From NCBI GenBank assembly GCA_020697715.1, contig JAEHCO010000003.1:128001-192000 (forward strand): a stretch of 64,000 bases of DNA. The letters are read 5' to 3'. A program made the translations under genes and the position numbers. Shown here piece after piece: positions 8,950 to 18,276 of this stretch. How positions within the stretch are numbered: position 1 is the stretch's first letter; the number at the start of each line of letters is the position of its first letter. Origin of the DNA: Methanobacteriota archaeon (GTDB taxonomy: Archaea > Thermoplasmatota > Thermoplasmata > SG8-5 > JAGLSY01). Below the pieces are notes generated by a model. That model saw only the letters and a list, made by a program, of their open reading frames with translations. It did not search any database and was not told the origin of the DNA.

Positions 8950-9648
8950 TCAATTCCCATCCAGCTCAGTCAGCACCTTCTGAAGCTTATCAGGTCTATC
9001 TGTGATGATGCCGTCAACATCCAATAATGCCAGCTTCTTCATTTTGATAGGGCAGTTGATCGTCCATACAAAGACCTCCATATCATTCTCATGGGCTTTG
9101 TCAACCAATTCCTGGCTCACCAGCTTATACTCTGGAAATATTGCGCAAGTTCCCAGTATCTTGGCCACCTGCATGATATTGGCTTTCCTGTCATCGCATG
9201 AATAGCCAGTTCTGGCCTTCTCCTTGTCCTTGAGTTGGGCGACCGCGATCCCGTCCTTTGAAGTGAATATCACCCTATCCAGCATATCGGCCTTTTTCAC
9301 AACTTTGTACGCGGGTATCATGGCCTTCCTGGTCTTAATATCTAAAATTATCCCACATTTCCCCCCGAAGGTTTCCAGAATATCAGCCAGCTTTGGAACT
9401 GCCTCTTTTCTCTTCACCTTCAGCTCACTCAGCTCTGAATATTCCGTCTGGCTGAGGAATCCAGCTCCATTGGTCATGCGATTCAGCTTCTCATCATGCA
9501 ATATGACAAGGATGTCATCCTTCGTTATCCTGACATCCAATTCGACATAACTGGCTCCGAATTCCAGGGCCTTTTCTATTGCTGAAACCGTGTTCTCTGG
9601 AGCAAGACTTCTTGCTCCCCTGTGTCCGATGATGGCTGGCTTTTTCAT
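8950..9648 (-). CDS. Glycerophosphodiester phosphodiesterase
   Basis: IIGHRGA...PENT, ELDVR.TKD, HD, VWTIN and VDGIITDRP. Confidence 0.92.
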   Translation of the reverse strand: MKKPAIIGHRGARSLAPENTVSAIEKALEFGASYVELDVRITKDDILVILHDEKLNRMTNGAGFLSQTEYSELSELKVKRKEAVPKLADILETFGGKCGIILDIKTRKAMIPAYKVVKKADMLDRVIFTSKDGIAVAQLKDKEKARTGYSCDDRKANIMQVAKILGTCAIFPEYKLVSQELVDKAHENDMEVFVWTINCPIKMKKLALLDVDGIITDRPDKLQKVLTELDGN

Positions 9649-9710
9649 TGGGAGAGATAATACTAGCATTGGATAAAAACAATGTCATGTCCCAAAACGG
9701 CCTATATGAT

Positions 9711-10439
9711 TCAGTCTTCAGATGTCTGGCTTTCATCAGACTTATCTTCATCAGGTTGATATTCATCAGCCTGACCTTTTTCTGTCTGGCCTTCGATCTC
9801 TTCCTTCTTTTTCACTCGGCTGAAGTATAGGATTATGGCAACTATCGCTCCGCCGATGATAGATGATATTATGACAAGGGATTCGAGGTTCATCTCCATA
9901 TTGTTCAGTGTGAACGCTCCTGCAATTCCAACTATGAGTCCTCTTGATAGTCCCGCCCAGAAATTTGTCTGGACGAACCATTTCATCTCGAAGACCTCCC
10001 CGTCCTTATTGAGCAGGGAGAATATGTAGAGGGTGATGGTGTCTGGCATTATCGGAAGGCTTAGAATGAGGTAAATGGCAATGTATCCGAACCTCTCGCA
10101 GAATCTAGTTAGGAATTCTGTAAGACCCACGAACCACTTCCACTTGAACCATACTCGAATACTATCTTCGATCTTCTCTCCAATTATGAAGACCATCCAG
10201 CTCCCTACGGCCTTGCCAAGTCCCATGACCAGGCTTACGATAAAAAAGGCTGGGAAAATAGTGGTGAAGCCCAGGAACTCCCCACCCTCTACGATGAAGG
10301 GAATAAAACCCGCCAATCCTAATTCGACAGGGATAGGCAGAATGACTGCAGCTAGCACGCAGAATATGAAGAATAGTAAGAGGTAAGTGTATGGATTGTT
10401 CATGTCCAGCATACCCATCAGATCATCAATGAAGCCCAT
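9711..10439 (-). CDS. Membrane protein, DedA/VTT-like
   Basis: Several TM segments with ILPIPVE and PIMPD motifs; acidic C-terminus. Confidence 0.55.
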   Translation of the reverse strand: MGFIDDLMGMLDMNNPYTYLLLFFIFCVLAAVILPIPVELGLAGFIPFIVEGGEFLGFTTIFPAFFIVSLVMGLGKAVGSWMVFIIGEKIEDSIRVWFKWKWFVGLTEFLTRFCERFGYIAIYLILSLPIMPDTITLYIFSLLNKDGEVFEMKWFVQTNFWAGLSRGLIVGIAGAFTLNNMEMNLESLVIISSIIGGAIVAIILYFSRVKKKEEIEGQTEKGQADEYQPDEDKSDESQTSED

Positions 10440-11371
10440 TATTCATCCCCTATTATCAAGTCCGAGGCATCCTTGCCAAGTACGAGAACACGGCTCTCGG
10501 GAGCTTCATCCAGTATCTGGAATCCCATCTCGTGTCCCAGCTTTTCTCCGAATTCCCGAACCTTATCGTATTTTGGCATATTCGCCATGGTCATCCTCTC
10601 ACGGGAATATCCAACGTACACATAACCTTTTGGTTCTATGAAGAGTGGATCGGCCATCTTATCCAAATGAGCATATTCCTTTTCCCATCCTATGTTCCAT
10701 CCGTCTACCAGGGTGTGCCGAATGACTGTCCTGGTATCAAGGCTGGCCATGATCTCCAGGCTCTTCTGCAATCTCCCCCAGCCGTCCTTAACAAGAGGCA
10801 CGCATAATCTCTTGTATATCTCCCGGGTGGGAGCGGCAACTGTGATATAAAGCTGGGTTGGAAGTGGGTCCAGGTTCTCAAGAACTTCTGGCTGGATACC
10901 ATTACTGACAATGAAAGTTGTCATATTTCGCTTATGACATTCTTCAATGAACTCTCCCAATCTGGAATATAGTGTGGGCTCTCCGGATAATGATATGGCC
11001 ACCTGATTTGGCTCGAAGGCCTCCTTCCATATCTCTGGACTGCATCTGGCATCCCCCTTGTACCCTGTGATGAGCTTTCTCTGACCCTCAATACAGCCAT
11101 CCAGTATCTCGATGGGATCATCTTCATCCTGTATGCCCAGTTCATTCATTCCCTGGAATCTCCAGCAGAACAGGCAATTATGTGTGCAATGGGAGACAGT
11201 GGGGGTCATCTGAAGGCATCGATGTGATTCGATACCATAGAACCTTTCTTTGTAGCAAGGTCGATCCCTGAGAAGCTTTTCACCCATCCAGTGGCAGAGT
11301 TTCACGCCACTGTGCTCCCCCACGACATGATAATGCTGCTTCTCCAGTATCCTCTTCATATCGTCATTCAT
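10439..11371 (-). CDS. taw1: 4-demethylwyosine synthase (radical SAM, TYW1/Taw1)
   Basis: HSGVKLCHW, CYKERFYGIESHRCLQMTP, CTHNCLFCWR and AISLSGEPT. Confidence 0.95.
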   Translation of the reverse strand: MNDDMKRILEKQHYHVVGEHSGVKLCHWMGEKLLRDRPCYKERFYGIESHRCLQMTPTVSHCTHNCLFCWRFQGMNELGIQDEDDPIEILDGCIEGQRKLITGYKGDARCSPEIWKEAFEPNQVAISLSGEPTLYSRLGEFIEECHKRNMTTFIVSNGIQPEVLENLDPLPTQLYITVAAPTREIYKRLCVPLVKDGWGRLQKSLEIMASLDTRTVIRHTLVDGWNIGWEKEYAHLDKMADPLFIEPKGYVYVGYSRERMTMANMPKYDKVREFGEKLGHEMGFQILDEAPESRVLVLGKDASDLIIGDE

Positions 11372-11388
11372 TTTTCATCTCCTCATCT

Positions 11389-12843
11389 TTAAAAGTCAAA
11401 AAGGTTCTTCTGTTTTGTTGGCTCTGGAACATCTGGCTTTATCTTCTCGTCACCCACATTTTCCTGGGTCATATCGTTATCCTCATCATCGTCCCCATCA
11501 TCTTTCTGCTTGTTTCGAGCCTTTACCGAACTTTGCTTCTTCTTGCTAATATCATCAAATACATTCTTGACATGATTAGAATCCGGCTTCTCATCCATAA
11601 GGAAGCCGACCTCATATTCTCCCAATGAAAGCTTTTCTGTCATCTGTAGGCAGAATTCCCTATCTGAATTGAAAAGAAGTTTGAAATAAGGAAGCTGGTC
11701 TTGAAGTGCTTGCTCCCTCGAGGTGTGCATCAACTTCCCCAATTTCGAGCCTATGGAATTTCTCACCTCTCTTATTCCTTTTGATCGCGACATATTGGTG
11801 AGCCAGCTTGGGAATTGGTATCGGACGAATCCTCTGTATTCCCTGCTTTTGGACAGTGAGACACCCGCACTCATCATAGCCGATGAATATTTCCAGAGAC
11901 CATAATATTGCCTTCTTTGGACCCTGCCCAGATATACATCGGCCTTGGAAACTGCTTCATAGGCTCTCATCCTGTCACCCGAGAGAGAATATGAGACTGG
12001 TATGTTCTCATCTATCCATAATATCGTATAGTTCGGATCCTCGTCAAGCTCCATCAATGCATCTCGTGAGACCCTGCAATTGTTAGTCCTGAATACTTTG
12101 GCCATACCCTGGAATATAGTACTTTTCTGATCTCTTCCACCCAAGGCCAGAACATCCTTCTCTGTGAGCTTTTCTTTCCCCTCTACCAATGACTGGAGAT
12201 CATTCACTGCCCCTCTAATGTCTCCTTCACATCTCTTTGATATCGCTCTTACAGCATCGGGGCTGACATCCACTCCCTCTTTATGGGCGATCTCCCTGAG
12301 CAGTTTGGCTATAGATGCAGGCTGTGGTTTTCTATATTGTATCTGCAATGCCTTGTTGGATATTATGGATGATCTTCGTTTCAATGAGTAGAAATCATTC
12401 ACTATTAAGATGACTGGCTGCATGGTATTGGTGATAAGTTCACCCATTGCTTTGATCCCACCACGATCTTCTTTTCCGAAGACATTGTCTGCCTCATCAA
12501 GTATTATCAGCTTTCTGCCGCCTTCCTTGCTGCTTGTGAACTCTCCCGAATCTGTGAAAGTATCCCACATCGCACCAAGGCCAGCTATGCTCTTTATGGC
12601 ATTGGCATTTCTTGAATCAGATGCATTGAGCTCCACAACCTGCCAGCCATATTCGCGAGCAACCGCATGTGCACTGGTCGTCTTTCCGATGCCTGGCTCT
12701 CCAATGAGTATCACAGCCCTATTCTTTTTCGGGATGCCATTATTCCATGTTTCAGCCCAGCTCCTAAGCTTCGAAATTGCCTCTGAATTACCAATGACGT
12801 TCTCTAAGTCATTTGGTCGGTATTTGCCTGTCCAATCCTGCAT
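11389..12843 (-). CDS. rfcL: Replication factor C large subunit
   Basis: WTGKYRP, Walker A GEPGIGKT, ELNASDSR, ILDEAD and C-terminal PIP box QKNLFDF. Confidence 0.95.
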   Translation of the reverse strand: MQDWTGKYRPNDLENVIGNSEAISKLRSWAETWNNGIPKKNRAVILIGEPGIGKTTSAHAVAREYGWQVVELNASDSRNANAIKSIAGLGAMWDTFTDSGEFTSSKEGGRKLIILDEADNVFGKEDRGGIKAMGELITNTMQPVILIVNDFYSLKRRSSIISNKALQIQYRKPQPASIAKLLREIAHKEGVDVSPDAVRAISKRCEGDIRGAVNDLQSLVEGKEKLTEKDVLALGGRDQKSTIFQGMAKVFRTNNCRVSRDALMELDEDPNYTILWIDENIPVSYSLSGDRMRAYEAVSKADVYLGRVQRRQYYGLWKYSSAMMSAGVSLSKSREYRGFVRYQFPSWLTNMSRSKGIREVRNSIGSKLGKLMHTSREQALQDQLPYFKLLFNSDREFCLQMTEKLSLGEYEVGFLMDEKPDSNHVKNVFDDISKKKQSSVKARNKQKDDGDDDEDNDMTQENVGDEKIKPDVPEPTKQKNLFDF

Positions 12844-12969
12844 TCCAATCCTCTAATGATTAGGCTTCTAAATACATTTGCCTTGTTTCCAATATTCGTC
12901 ATGCCAGCCCAATCTTATTCTCAACCTTTTTCCTTAATATACTATATAATTAATGATTTAACGGTCACG

Positions 12970-12977
12970 TTTATATA
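12970..12977 (+). promoter_or_regulatory. TATA box of the rps13 operon
   Basis: TTTATATA about 60 nt upstream of rps13, in an AT-rich divergent intergenic region. Confidence 0.55.
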
Positions 12978-13034
12978 CAAGTATGTATTCCTCAGCATAC
13001 TTCCCAGAAGCAAAAAATATACTGGAGGGTGACA

Positions 13035-13514
13035 TTGGCAGATAATAAGAAACCTACGGATATTGAGAAAGACGACGATTTCAAGTACATATTGAGATTG
13101 TCCGGTAATGACATAGATGGTGAGAAGCCAGCTTTCGTTGCACTTACGGACCTGAATGGGATCGGGATCCGTATCTCAGAGATATTGATAGAAAGATTGG
13201 GGTACCCCCGTGACAAGGCCATCGGACACATGAGCGATGAAGATGTCGAAAAGCTCGAGGATTTGCTAGAAAGTCTCGAGGAAACTATACCCCAGTGGTT
13301 GCTCAACAGAAGGAAGGATTGGGAATCAGGCGAGGACCTTCACCTTTTTGGTATCGAGCTTGAACAGACTAATAAAGATGACATTAACAGGATGAGAATG
13401 ACCCGTTGCTACAAAGGTGTAAGGCATGATACGGGCCAGAAGGTCAGAGGTCAAAGAACCAGATCCAATGGTAGGAAAGGATTGACACTCGGCGTATCCA
13501 AGAAAAGAGGCTAA
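13035..13514 (+). CDS. rps13: 30S ribosomal protein uS13
   Basis: GIGIR, PQWLLNRRKD and GVRHDTGQKVRGQRTRSNGR. Start at TTG 13035 or GTG 13029. Confidence 0.96.
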   Translation: MADNKKPTDIEKDDDFKYILRLSGNDIDGEKPAFVALTDLNGIGIRISEILIERLGYPRDKAIGHMSDEDVEKLEDLLESLEETIPQWLLNRRKDWESGEDLHLFGIELEQTNKDDINRMRMTRCYKGVRHDTGQKVRGQRTRSNGRKGLTLGVSKKRG

Positions 13515-13529
13515 TTGAGGTGAGTGATT

Positions 13530-14384
13530 TTGGGAGACCCTAAGTTCAGTAGAAGACGGTATGCTACACCATCACATCCTTGGCAAAAAGAAAGGATAGA
13601 TGAAGAGAATGAGATGATCAGAAAATACGGTCTTAAGAATAAGAAGGAACTCTGGAAGGCACAGTCCCTCCTGAGGAACTTCAGACAGAGATCCAGGATC
13701 CTTCAGGCTCAGATCAGGTATGGTAATAAGCAGGCGGAGAAGGAAAGAGACCAGCTTCTGGCCAGATTAGAACGTGCAGGAATACTCGGTAGCGAGGCTT
13801 CCCTGGATGATGTTCTGGCATTGGATGTTGAGGCTGTACTTACAAGAAGATTGCAGACCCTGGCATACATGAAGGGACTGAGCAACAGTGCGAAACAAGC
13901 CCGCCAGTTCATTGTTCATGGACATGTATCCATCGGAGATAGGAAGGTAACTATTCCCGGTTATTTGGTCAAGAGGACCGAAGAAGAATCCATTGAATAT
14001 CTATTAAGCTCGCCGATAGCGAATGACATGCATCCAGCAAGACCAAAGGATGAATTGGAATTGGCTGAGCAGAAGAGAATGCAGGAAGAGGCCGCCAAGG
14101 CCGCGGAAGCACCAGTTGCCGCACCAGAAGGCGCAGATGCTCCAGCCGTGGAACCAAAACCAGAGGGCGAGGCACCAGCAGCAGAGGTAAAACCCGCAGA
14201 GGCTAAGCCAGCTGAAGCAAAACCTGAACCAAAGGTTGAAGCAGCTCCAGCAAAGGAAAAGCCTGCAGAGGCTAAGCCAGCTGAAGCAAAACCCGAACCA
14301 AAGGTTGAAGCAGCTCCAGCAGAGAAAAAGCCTGCAGAGGCTAAGAAGCCAGCAGAAGATAAACCAAAGGAGGCCAATGAATGA
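13530..14384 (+). CDS. rps4: 30S ribosomal protein uS4 with a long Ala/Glu/Pro/Lys C-terminal tail
   Basis: GDPKFSRRRY.TP.HPW, YGLKNKKELW, RRLQT and ARQFIVHGH. Confidence 0.96.
   Translation: MGDPKFSRRRYATPSHPWQKERIDEENEMIRKYGLKNKKELWKAQSLLRNFRQRSRILQAQIRYGNKQAEKERDQLLARLERAGILGSEASLDDVLALDVEAVLTRRLQTLAYMKGLSNSAKQARQFIVHGHVSIGDRKVTIPGYLVKRTEEESIEYLLSSPIANDMHPARPKDELELAEQKRMQEEAAKAAEAPVAAPEGADAPAVEPKPEGEAPAAEVKPAEAKPAEAKPEPKVEAAPAKEKPAEAKPAEAKPEPKVEAAPAEKKPAEAKKPAEDKPKEANE
14196..14346 (+). repeat. 69-nt tandem repeat (about 2.2 copies) in the uS4 tail
   Basis: GCAGAGGCTAAG begins at 14196, 14265 and 14334; the unit encodes AEAKPAEAKPEPKVEAAPAKEKP. Confidence 0.9.
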
Positions 14385-14440
14385 GCGAATGTAATGAGCG
14401 CATTCATAAGCTCCGATCTCAAGGAGGAGATTCAGAATGA
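14378..14440 (+). promoter_or_regulatory. Junction cassette (family B) with coupled mini-ORF 14381-14440
   Basis: TGAATG/CATTCA stem plus a stem over [27 protein letters not shown] overlaps the rps4 stop (ATGA) and the rps11 start (ATGA). Confidence 0.75.
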
Positions 14441-14820
14441 CCAAATGGGCCCTAGCACACATATACGCATCTTACAACAATATATTGATAACATTGACCG
14501 ACCCAACCGGTGCAGAGACAATTACGAAATGCACTGGAGGTATGGTTGTCAAATCTCAGAAGGATGAATCATCTCCATATGCAGCCATGAAGGCAGCAGA
14601 GATGATCGCCGATATCGCAAAGGAGAGGGGCATCGACAGTGTTCATGTCCGTGTAAGAGCTCCAGGCGGTAACAAAGACCTTTCCCCTGGACCAGGAGCA
14701 CAGGCCGCGATCAGAGCACTGGCAAGGGCGGGTTTGAGAATAGGAAGGATAGAGGATGTAACCCCTATCCCTCACGACGGCACCAAGAAGAAAGGCGGCA
14801 GACGTGGAAGAAGGGTGTAA
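14437..14820 (+). CDS. rps11: 30S ribosomal protein uS11
   Basis: [30 protein letters not shown] and [11 protein letters not shown]. Confidence 0.97.
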   Translation: MTKWALAHIYASYNNILITLTDPTGAETITKCTGGMVVKSQKDESSPYAAMKAAEMIADIAKERGIDSVHVRVRAPGGNKDLSPGPGAQAAIRALARAGLRIGRIEDVTPIPHDGTKKKGGRRGRRV

Positions 14821-14824
14821 TCAA

Positions 14825-15889
14825 ATGGATATCAAGATCATTGATATTAAGGACGATTTCATCAAATTCGTCATATCTGGCGTTGACTTCAGCTTTGTGA
14901 ATTCCATCAGAAGGACACTTTTGGCCGATATACCTAAAATGGCCATTGAGGATGTTGAGATCCATCTGGGAGCAATAAGCGATGAGGAGGGTAAGACATA
15001 TGAGAGCACGACCCCTCTTTTCGATGAGATAATCGCTCACAGAATGGGCCTGATACCTATCCCAACAGACCTGGATATGTTGACCTTCAAAGATGAATGT
15101 GATTGCGAAGGTGAAGGATGTGTCAATTGCAGCATCATGTACTCTCTGAATAAGAGGGGGCCATGCACTGTTTACTCTGGTGACCTGGAGCCATTGGGCG
15201 ATCCAAGCCTGAGGCCAAAGGATACCAAGATACCAATAGTCAAGCTTACGGAAGATGAGGGTATCCTTATCTACGCGACCGCCACAATGGGAACTGGTAA
15301 GGGGCATGCGAAATGGCAGGGAATTCATGGTGCTGGCTACAAATTATATCCTACAGTTGACATCGATCCAAAAAAATGTGACAATGGCGGAGGGTGCATA
15401 CCGATATGCCCAGTCAATGTCTTTGTAAAGGAAGGAAAGAAGGTCAAGATGGTCAATACGGAGAACTGCACAATGTGCAATAGCTGTGTGGAGATATGCG
15501 AATTAGGCGCTGTCACCATCGGCCATGAGGAAGATAAGTTCATATTCAGATTCGAGACAGATGGTTCGCTCTATGCAAAGGACGCACTTCTCTATGCAGT
15601 GGCTCACTTAGGAGCATCCTTCGAGGGAGTGATCGACCTTGTTGAAACCATGAAGCCAAAGGAGTACAAACCGATCGAGGCCGTGAAATTGAACTTCGAT
15701 CATGAGGAAAATCCAGAAGGCGTGGCATATATTCCAGCAGGTGAAAGCACTCACGCTCCTGAAGAGGAGACAGAGGAAGAGGAAGAACCTGTTGCTGAGG
15801 AAGAGCCAGTTGTCGAGGAAGAGAAGCCCAAGAAGAAGGCAGCTGCCAAAAAGAAGGCACCTGCAAAGAAAGCAGCCAAAAAGAAATAG
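14825..15889 (+). CDS. rpoD: DNA-directed RNA polymerase subunit D (Rpo3) with ferredoxin domain and charged tail
   Basis: NSIRRTL, DEIIAHRMGLIPI, GKGHAKWQ, Cys-rich ferredoxin insert and FRFETDGS. Confidence 0.95.
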   Translation: MDIKIIDIKDDFIKFVISGVDFSFVNSIRRTLLADIPKMAIEDVEIHLGAISDEEGKTYESTTPLFDEIIAHRMGLIPIPTDLDMLTFKDECDCEGEGCVNCSIMYSLNKRGPCTVYSGDLEPLGDPSLRPKDTKIPIVKLTEDEGILIYATATMGTGKGHAKWQGIHGAGYKLYPTVDIDPKKCDNGGGCIPICPVNVFVKEGKKVKMVNTENCTMCNSCVEICELGAVTIGHEEDKFIFRFETDGSLYAKDALLYAVAHLGASFEGVIDLVETMKPKEYKPIEAVKLNFDHEENPEGVAYIPAGESTHAPEEETEEEEEPVAEEEPVVEEEKPKKKAAAKKKAPAKKAAKKK

Positions 15890-15932
15890 GCTTCCGATCT
15901 CTCGTATCTATAATGATCATAATAGACGCAAA

Positions 15933-16004
15933 GCCGCTGTGGCTAAGGGGTATAGCGATTCATTGGTAATGAATAGGTCGTGGGTTCAATTCCCATCAGC
16001 GGCT
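15933..16004 (+). tRNA. tRNA-Thr(GGT)
   Basis: Acceptor GCCGCTG/CAGCGGC; anticodon arm ATTCA-TT GGT AA-TGAAT; T arm GTGGG-TTCAATT-CCCAT. Confidence 0.95.
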
Positions 16005-16025
16005 CCTTATTATTTTATTAGTGTT

Positions 16026-16240
16026 AGCTGATGGGAATTGAATCAAGCCCGTAAGTGCATATTATCTGAATGCTGGCTCAATGTAAGGGCGCAGGTTGAA
16101 ATTTACGTTTATTGGTATTTTACTTGTAGTAAATTTCAATACATGCTCTTGTCTAGGGCTCTTTGCATTTTTTAAGACAAGTCTGGATTTATGTTAATAG
16201 CCTTGTCCAGTATAGCTGATGTGGAATTGAACCAAGCCCG
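16026..16240. repeat. Two direct copies (16026-16051, 16214-16240) of a sequence antisense to the tRNA-Thr 3' half
   Basis: AGCTGATGGGAATTGAATCAAGCCCG and AGCTGATGTGGAATTGAACCAAGCCCG. Bases 16027-16042 are the exact reverse complement of 15985-16000. Confidence 0.8.
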
Positions 16241-16274
16241 AAAGAGTTTTAACCGCCTCCCCAATCTCCAAGCA

Positions 16275-18275
16275 ATGAAAGTCAAGACCCAAATGTCAAA
16301 TTTCGATATCTCAGCCTTTGTTAGAGAGAGTCAGGATTATCTCGGTATGCAGGTGGAGAAGGTATTCCAGATGTCCTATACCGAGGTCTGGCTTCGGCTT
16401 TCTGCCAAAGGCAAAAAAGCGACCCTCGTGGTCAAGCTGGGCAAGGCCATGTGGTTTGAAGATGAATATCTGAAATCCGATCTTCAGCCGCCGAACTTCG
16501 CCATGTTGATGAGAAAATACCTGGGTAAAAAGAGGTTGAATTCTATTAGCCAGCATGGTTTTGACAGGATCGTCGTGATGGAATTTGGAGCTGAGAATCA
16601 ATTCAAACTTATAATCGAGGGCTTCGGCAAGGGTAATATGATCCTGGTCGAGGGAGATAAGATAATAAAGCCCATGACATCCAAATCATGGAGGCACCGG
16701 GATATCAAGCCAGGTGCGATCTACAAATTCCCTCCAGAGGGTATCAATCCATTGGATCTCGATCTGGAGGATGTATCCGAAATATTGACTGGCTCGGACA
16801 GAGACATGGTCCGAGCATTGGCCACACAGGTCAACCTCGGCGGTAGTTACGCCGAGGAGATCTGCGAATATCTTGATCTTGATAAATCCATGAAAGCAAG
16901 TGAGGTGAATGAATCCCAGATCGCCAGTATCATGGAGGCCATGGGTTCCCTGATAGCTCGTCTGGATACTCCATTCCCGGTGATAAAATATGATGATGGG
17001 GAAGTTTTGGATTTCCTCCCCCTTGCTTTGCAGGACCTTTCTGATAGAGAATATAGGTCATTCGACACCTTCAATATCGCTCTCAAGGAATATTTCAATT
17101 CCCTTCCAGATGTCGTGAATGATGAGGATGAGGATTATGTATCGCCTGAGACCCAGCGCCTTGAAAGACAGGCTGAACATCAGACCGAGGCCATTGAAAA
17201 GATGGAATTCGATATAGTGGAGTATCAGCGATTGGGCGATCTCATATATGCGGAATATGCCAGGTTCGAGAAGATACTGGCAGCTACAAGGGCCATACTG
17301 GATGACAAAGGCTGGAAGGCATCCAAGGCGGAGCTGGAACAATGGGACAAGGTGATATCTTTTGACCCGGATTCCGGCATATTGGAGATGAAGTTGGAAG
17401 ATGATTCTCACATCTCATTGGATGTGAGGAACAATGTGAATGACAATGCTGGTTTCCAATATCACAAATCCAAGAGATCGAGGAAAAGACTTGAAGGGGC
17501 GAGGGAAGCCCTGGGCGAGACCCTCGGACTTCTTAAAAAGACCATGAAGGAGGATTTCAAGAAGACAGTCGCTCGTAAAAAATCACCAACCCGTCAGATG
17601 TGGTTTGACAGGTATCGGTGGTTCCTTTCAAGCGAGGGATTCCTCGTGGTGGGGGGACGAGATGCCAGATCCAATGACAAGGTGGTGAAGAAGCATCTGA
17701 AAGATGATGGCATCTATGTTCATGCGGATATACATGGAGCTCCCAGCATAATCGTGATGAAAGGCCGTGATGCTGGTGAAGATACTCTCACTGAGGCCTG
17801 TGAGTTCGGAGTTTGCCAATCAAAGGCATGGAAGGCCAAGCTAGCCAGCGGCAATGCCTTTTGGGTCAAGCCAGACCAGGTGAGCAAAACAGCTCAGCCC
17901 GGGGAGTTCCTCGCAAGAGGGGCATTCATGATAAGAGGCAAGAGGAATATCCAAACCAAGCTGGAAATGAAATTGGCCATTGGAGAGATAATGTTTGAAG
18001 GTGAGCGCAAGATCATGTGCGCCCCCATAAGCTCCATGAAGGCCCACACTTCGGATTTCTACGAGATAATACCTGGAGAGATGAATTCCAATATATTTGC
18101 TAAAAAGGCATCCGACCATTATAATGTGCCGATCGAGGAAATAAGTAGAATATTACCTCCTGGGGATCTTGATATTGTTCGTTCACCCTCTGTAATAAAA
18201 GTAGATCCAGAGCCCGAAGTCGATACAGGTTCTGAAGTTGATATTGATAATGAAGTTGATATAGATACCGAATAG
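16275..18275 (+). CDS. rqcH: Ribosome rescue protein Rqc2/RqcH (NFACT family)
   Basis: PPNFAMLMRKYL, FDRIV, WFDRYRWF, GGRDARSND, HADIHGAP and GEFLARGAFMIRGKRN. Confidence 0.93.
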   Translation: MKVKTQMSNFDISAFVRESQDYLGMQVEKVFQMSYTEVWLRLSAKGKKATLVVKLGKAMWFEDEYLKSDLQPPNFAMLMRKYLGKKRLNSISQHGFDRIVVMEFGAENQFKLIIEGFGKGNMILVEGDKIIKPMTSKSWRHRDIKPGAIYKFPPEGINPLDLDLEDVSEILTGSDRDMVRALATQVNLGGSYAEEICEYLDLDKSMKASEVNESQIASIMEAMGSLIARLDTPFPVIKYDDGEVLDFLPLALQDLSDREYRSFDTFNIALKEYFNSLPDVVNDEDEDYVSPETQRLERQAEHQTEAIEKMEFDIVEYQRLGDLIYAEYARFEKILAATRAILDDKGWKASKAELEQWDKVISFDPDSGILEMKLEDDSHISLDVRNNVNDNAGFQYHKSKRSRKRLEGAREALGETLGLLKKTMKEDFKKTVARKKSPTRQMWFDRYRWFLSSEGFLVVGGRDARSNDKVVKKHLKDDGIYVHADIHGAPSIIVMKGRDAGEDTLTEACEFGVCQSKAWKAKLASGNAFWVKPDQVSKTAQPGEFLARGAFMIRGKRNIQTKLEMKLAIGEIMFEGERKIMCAPISSMKAHTSDFYEIIPGEMNSNIFAKKASDHYNVPIEEISRILPPGDLDIVRSPSVIKVDPEPEVDTGSEVDIDNEVDIDTE

Positions 18276-18276
18276 A

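Noticed and set aside
14378-14440. Family B cassettes as bulge-helix-bulge mRNA introns
   Set aside because: A TGAA/TTCA or GAAT/ATTC 4-bp helix can be drawn here, but flanking helices are weak. The gat and hdr copies have no equivalent pairing. Not supported without RT-PCR.
16026-16240. Prophage or integrative element attachment sites
   Set aside because: The repeats are inverted relative to the tRNA, enclose only about 160 nt, and no integrase is present.
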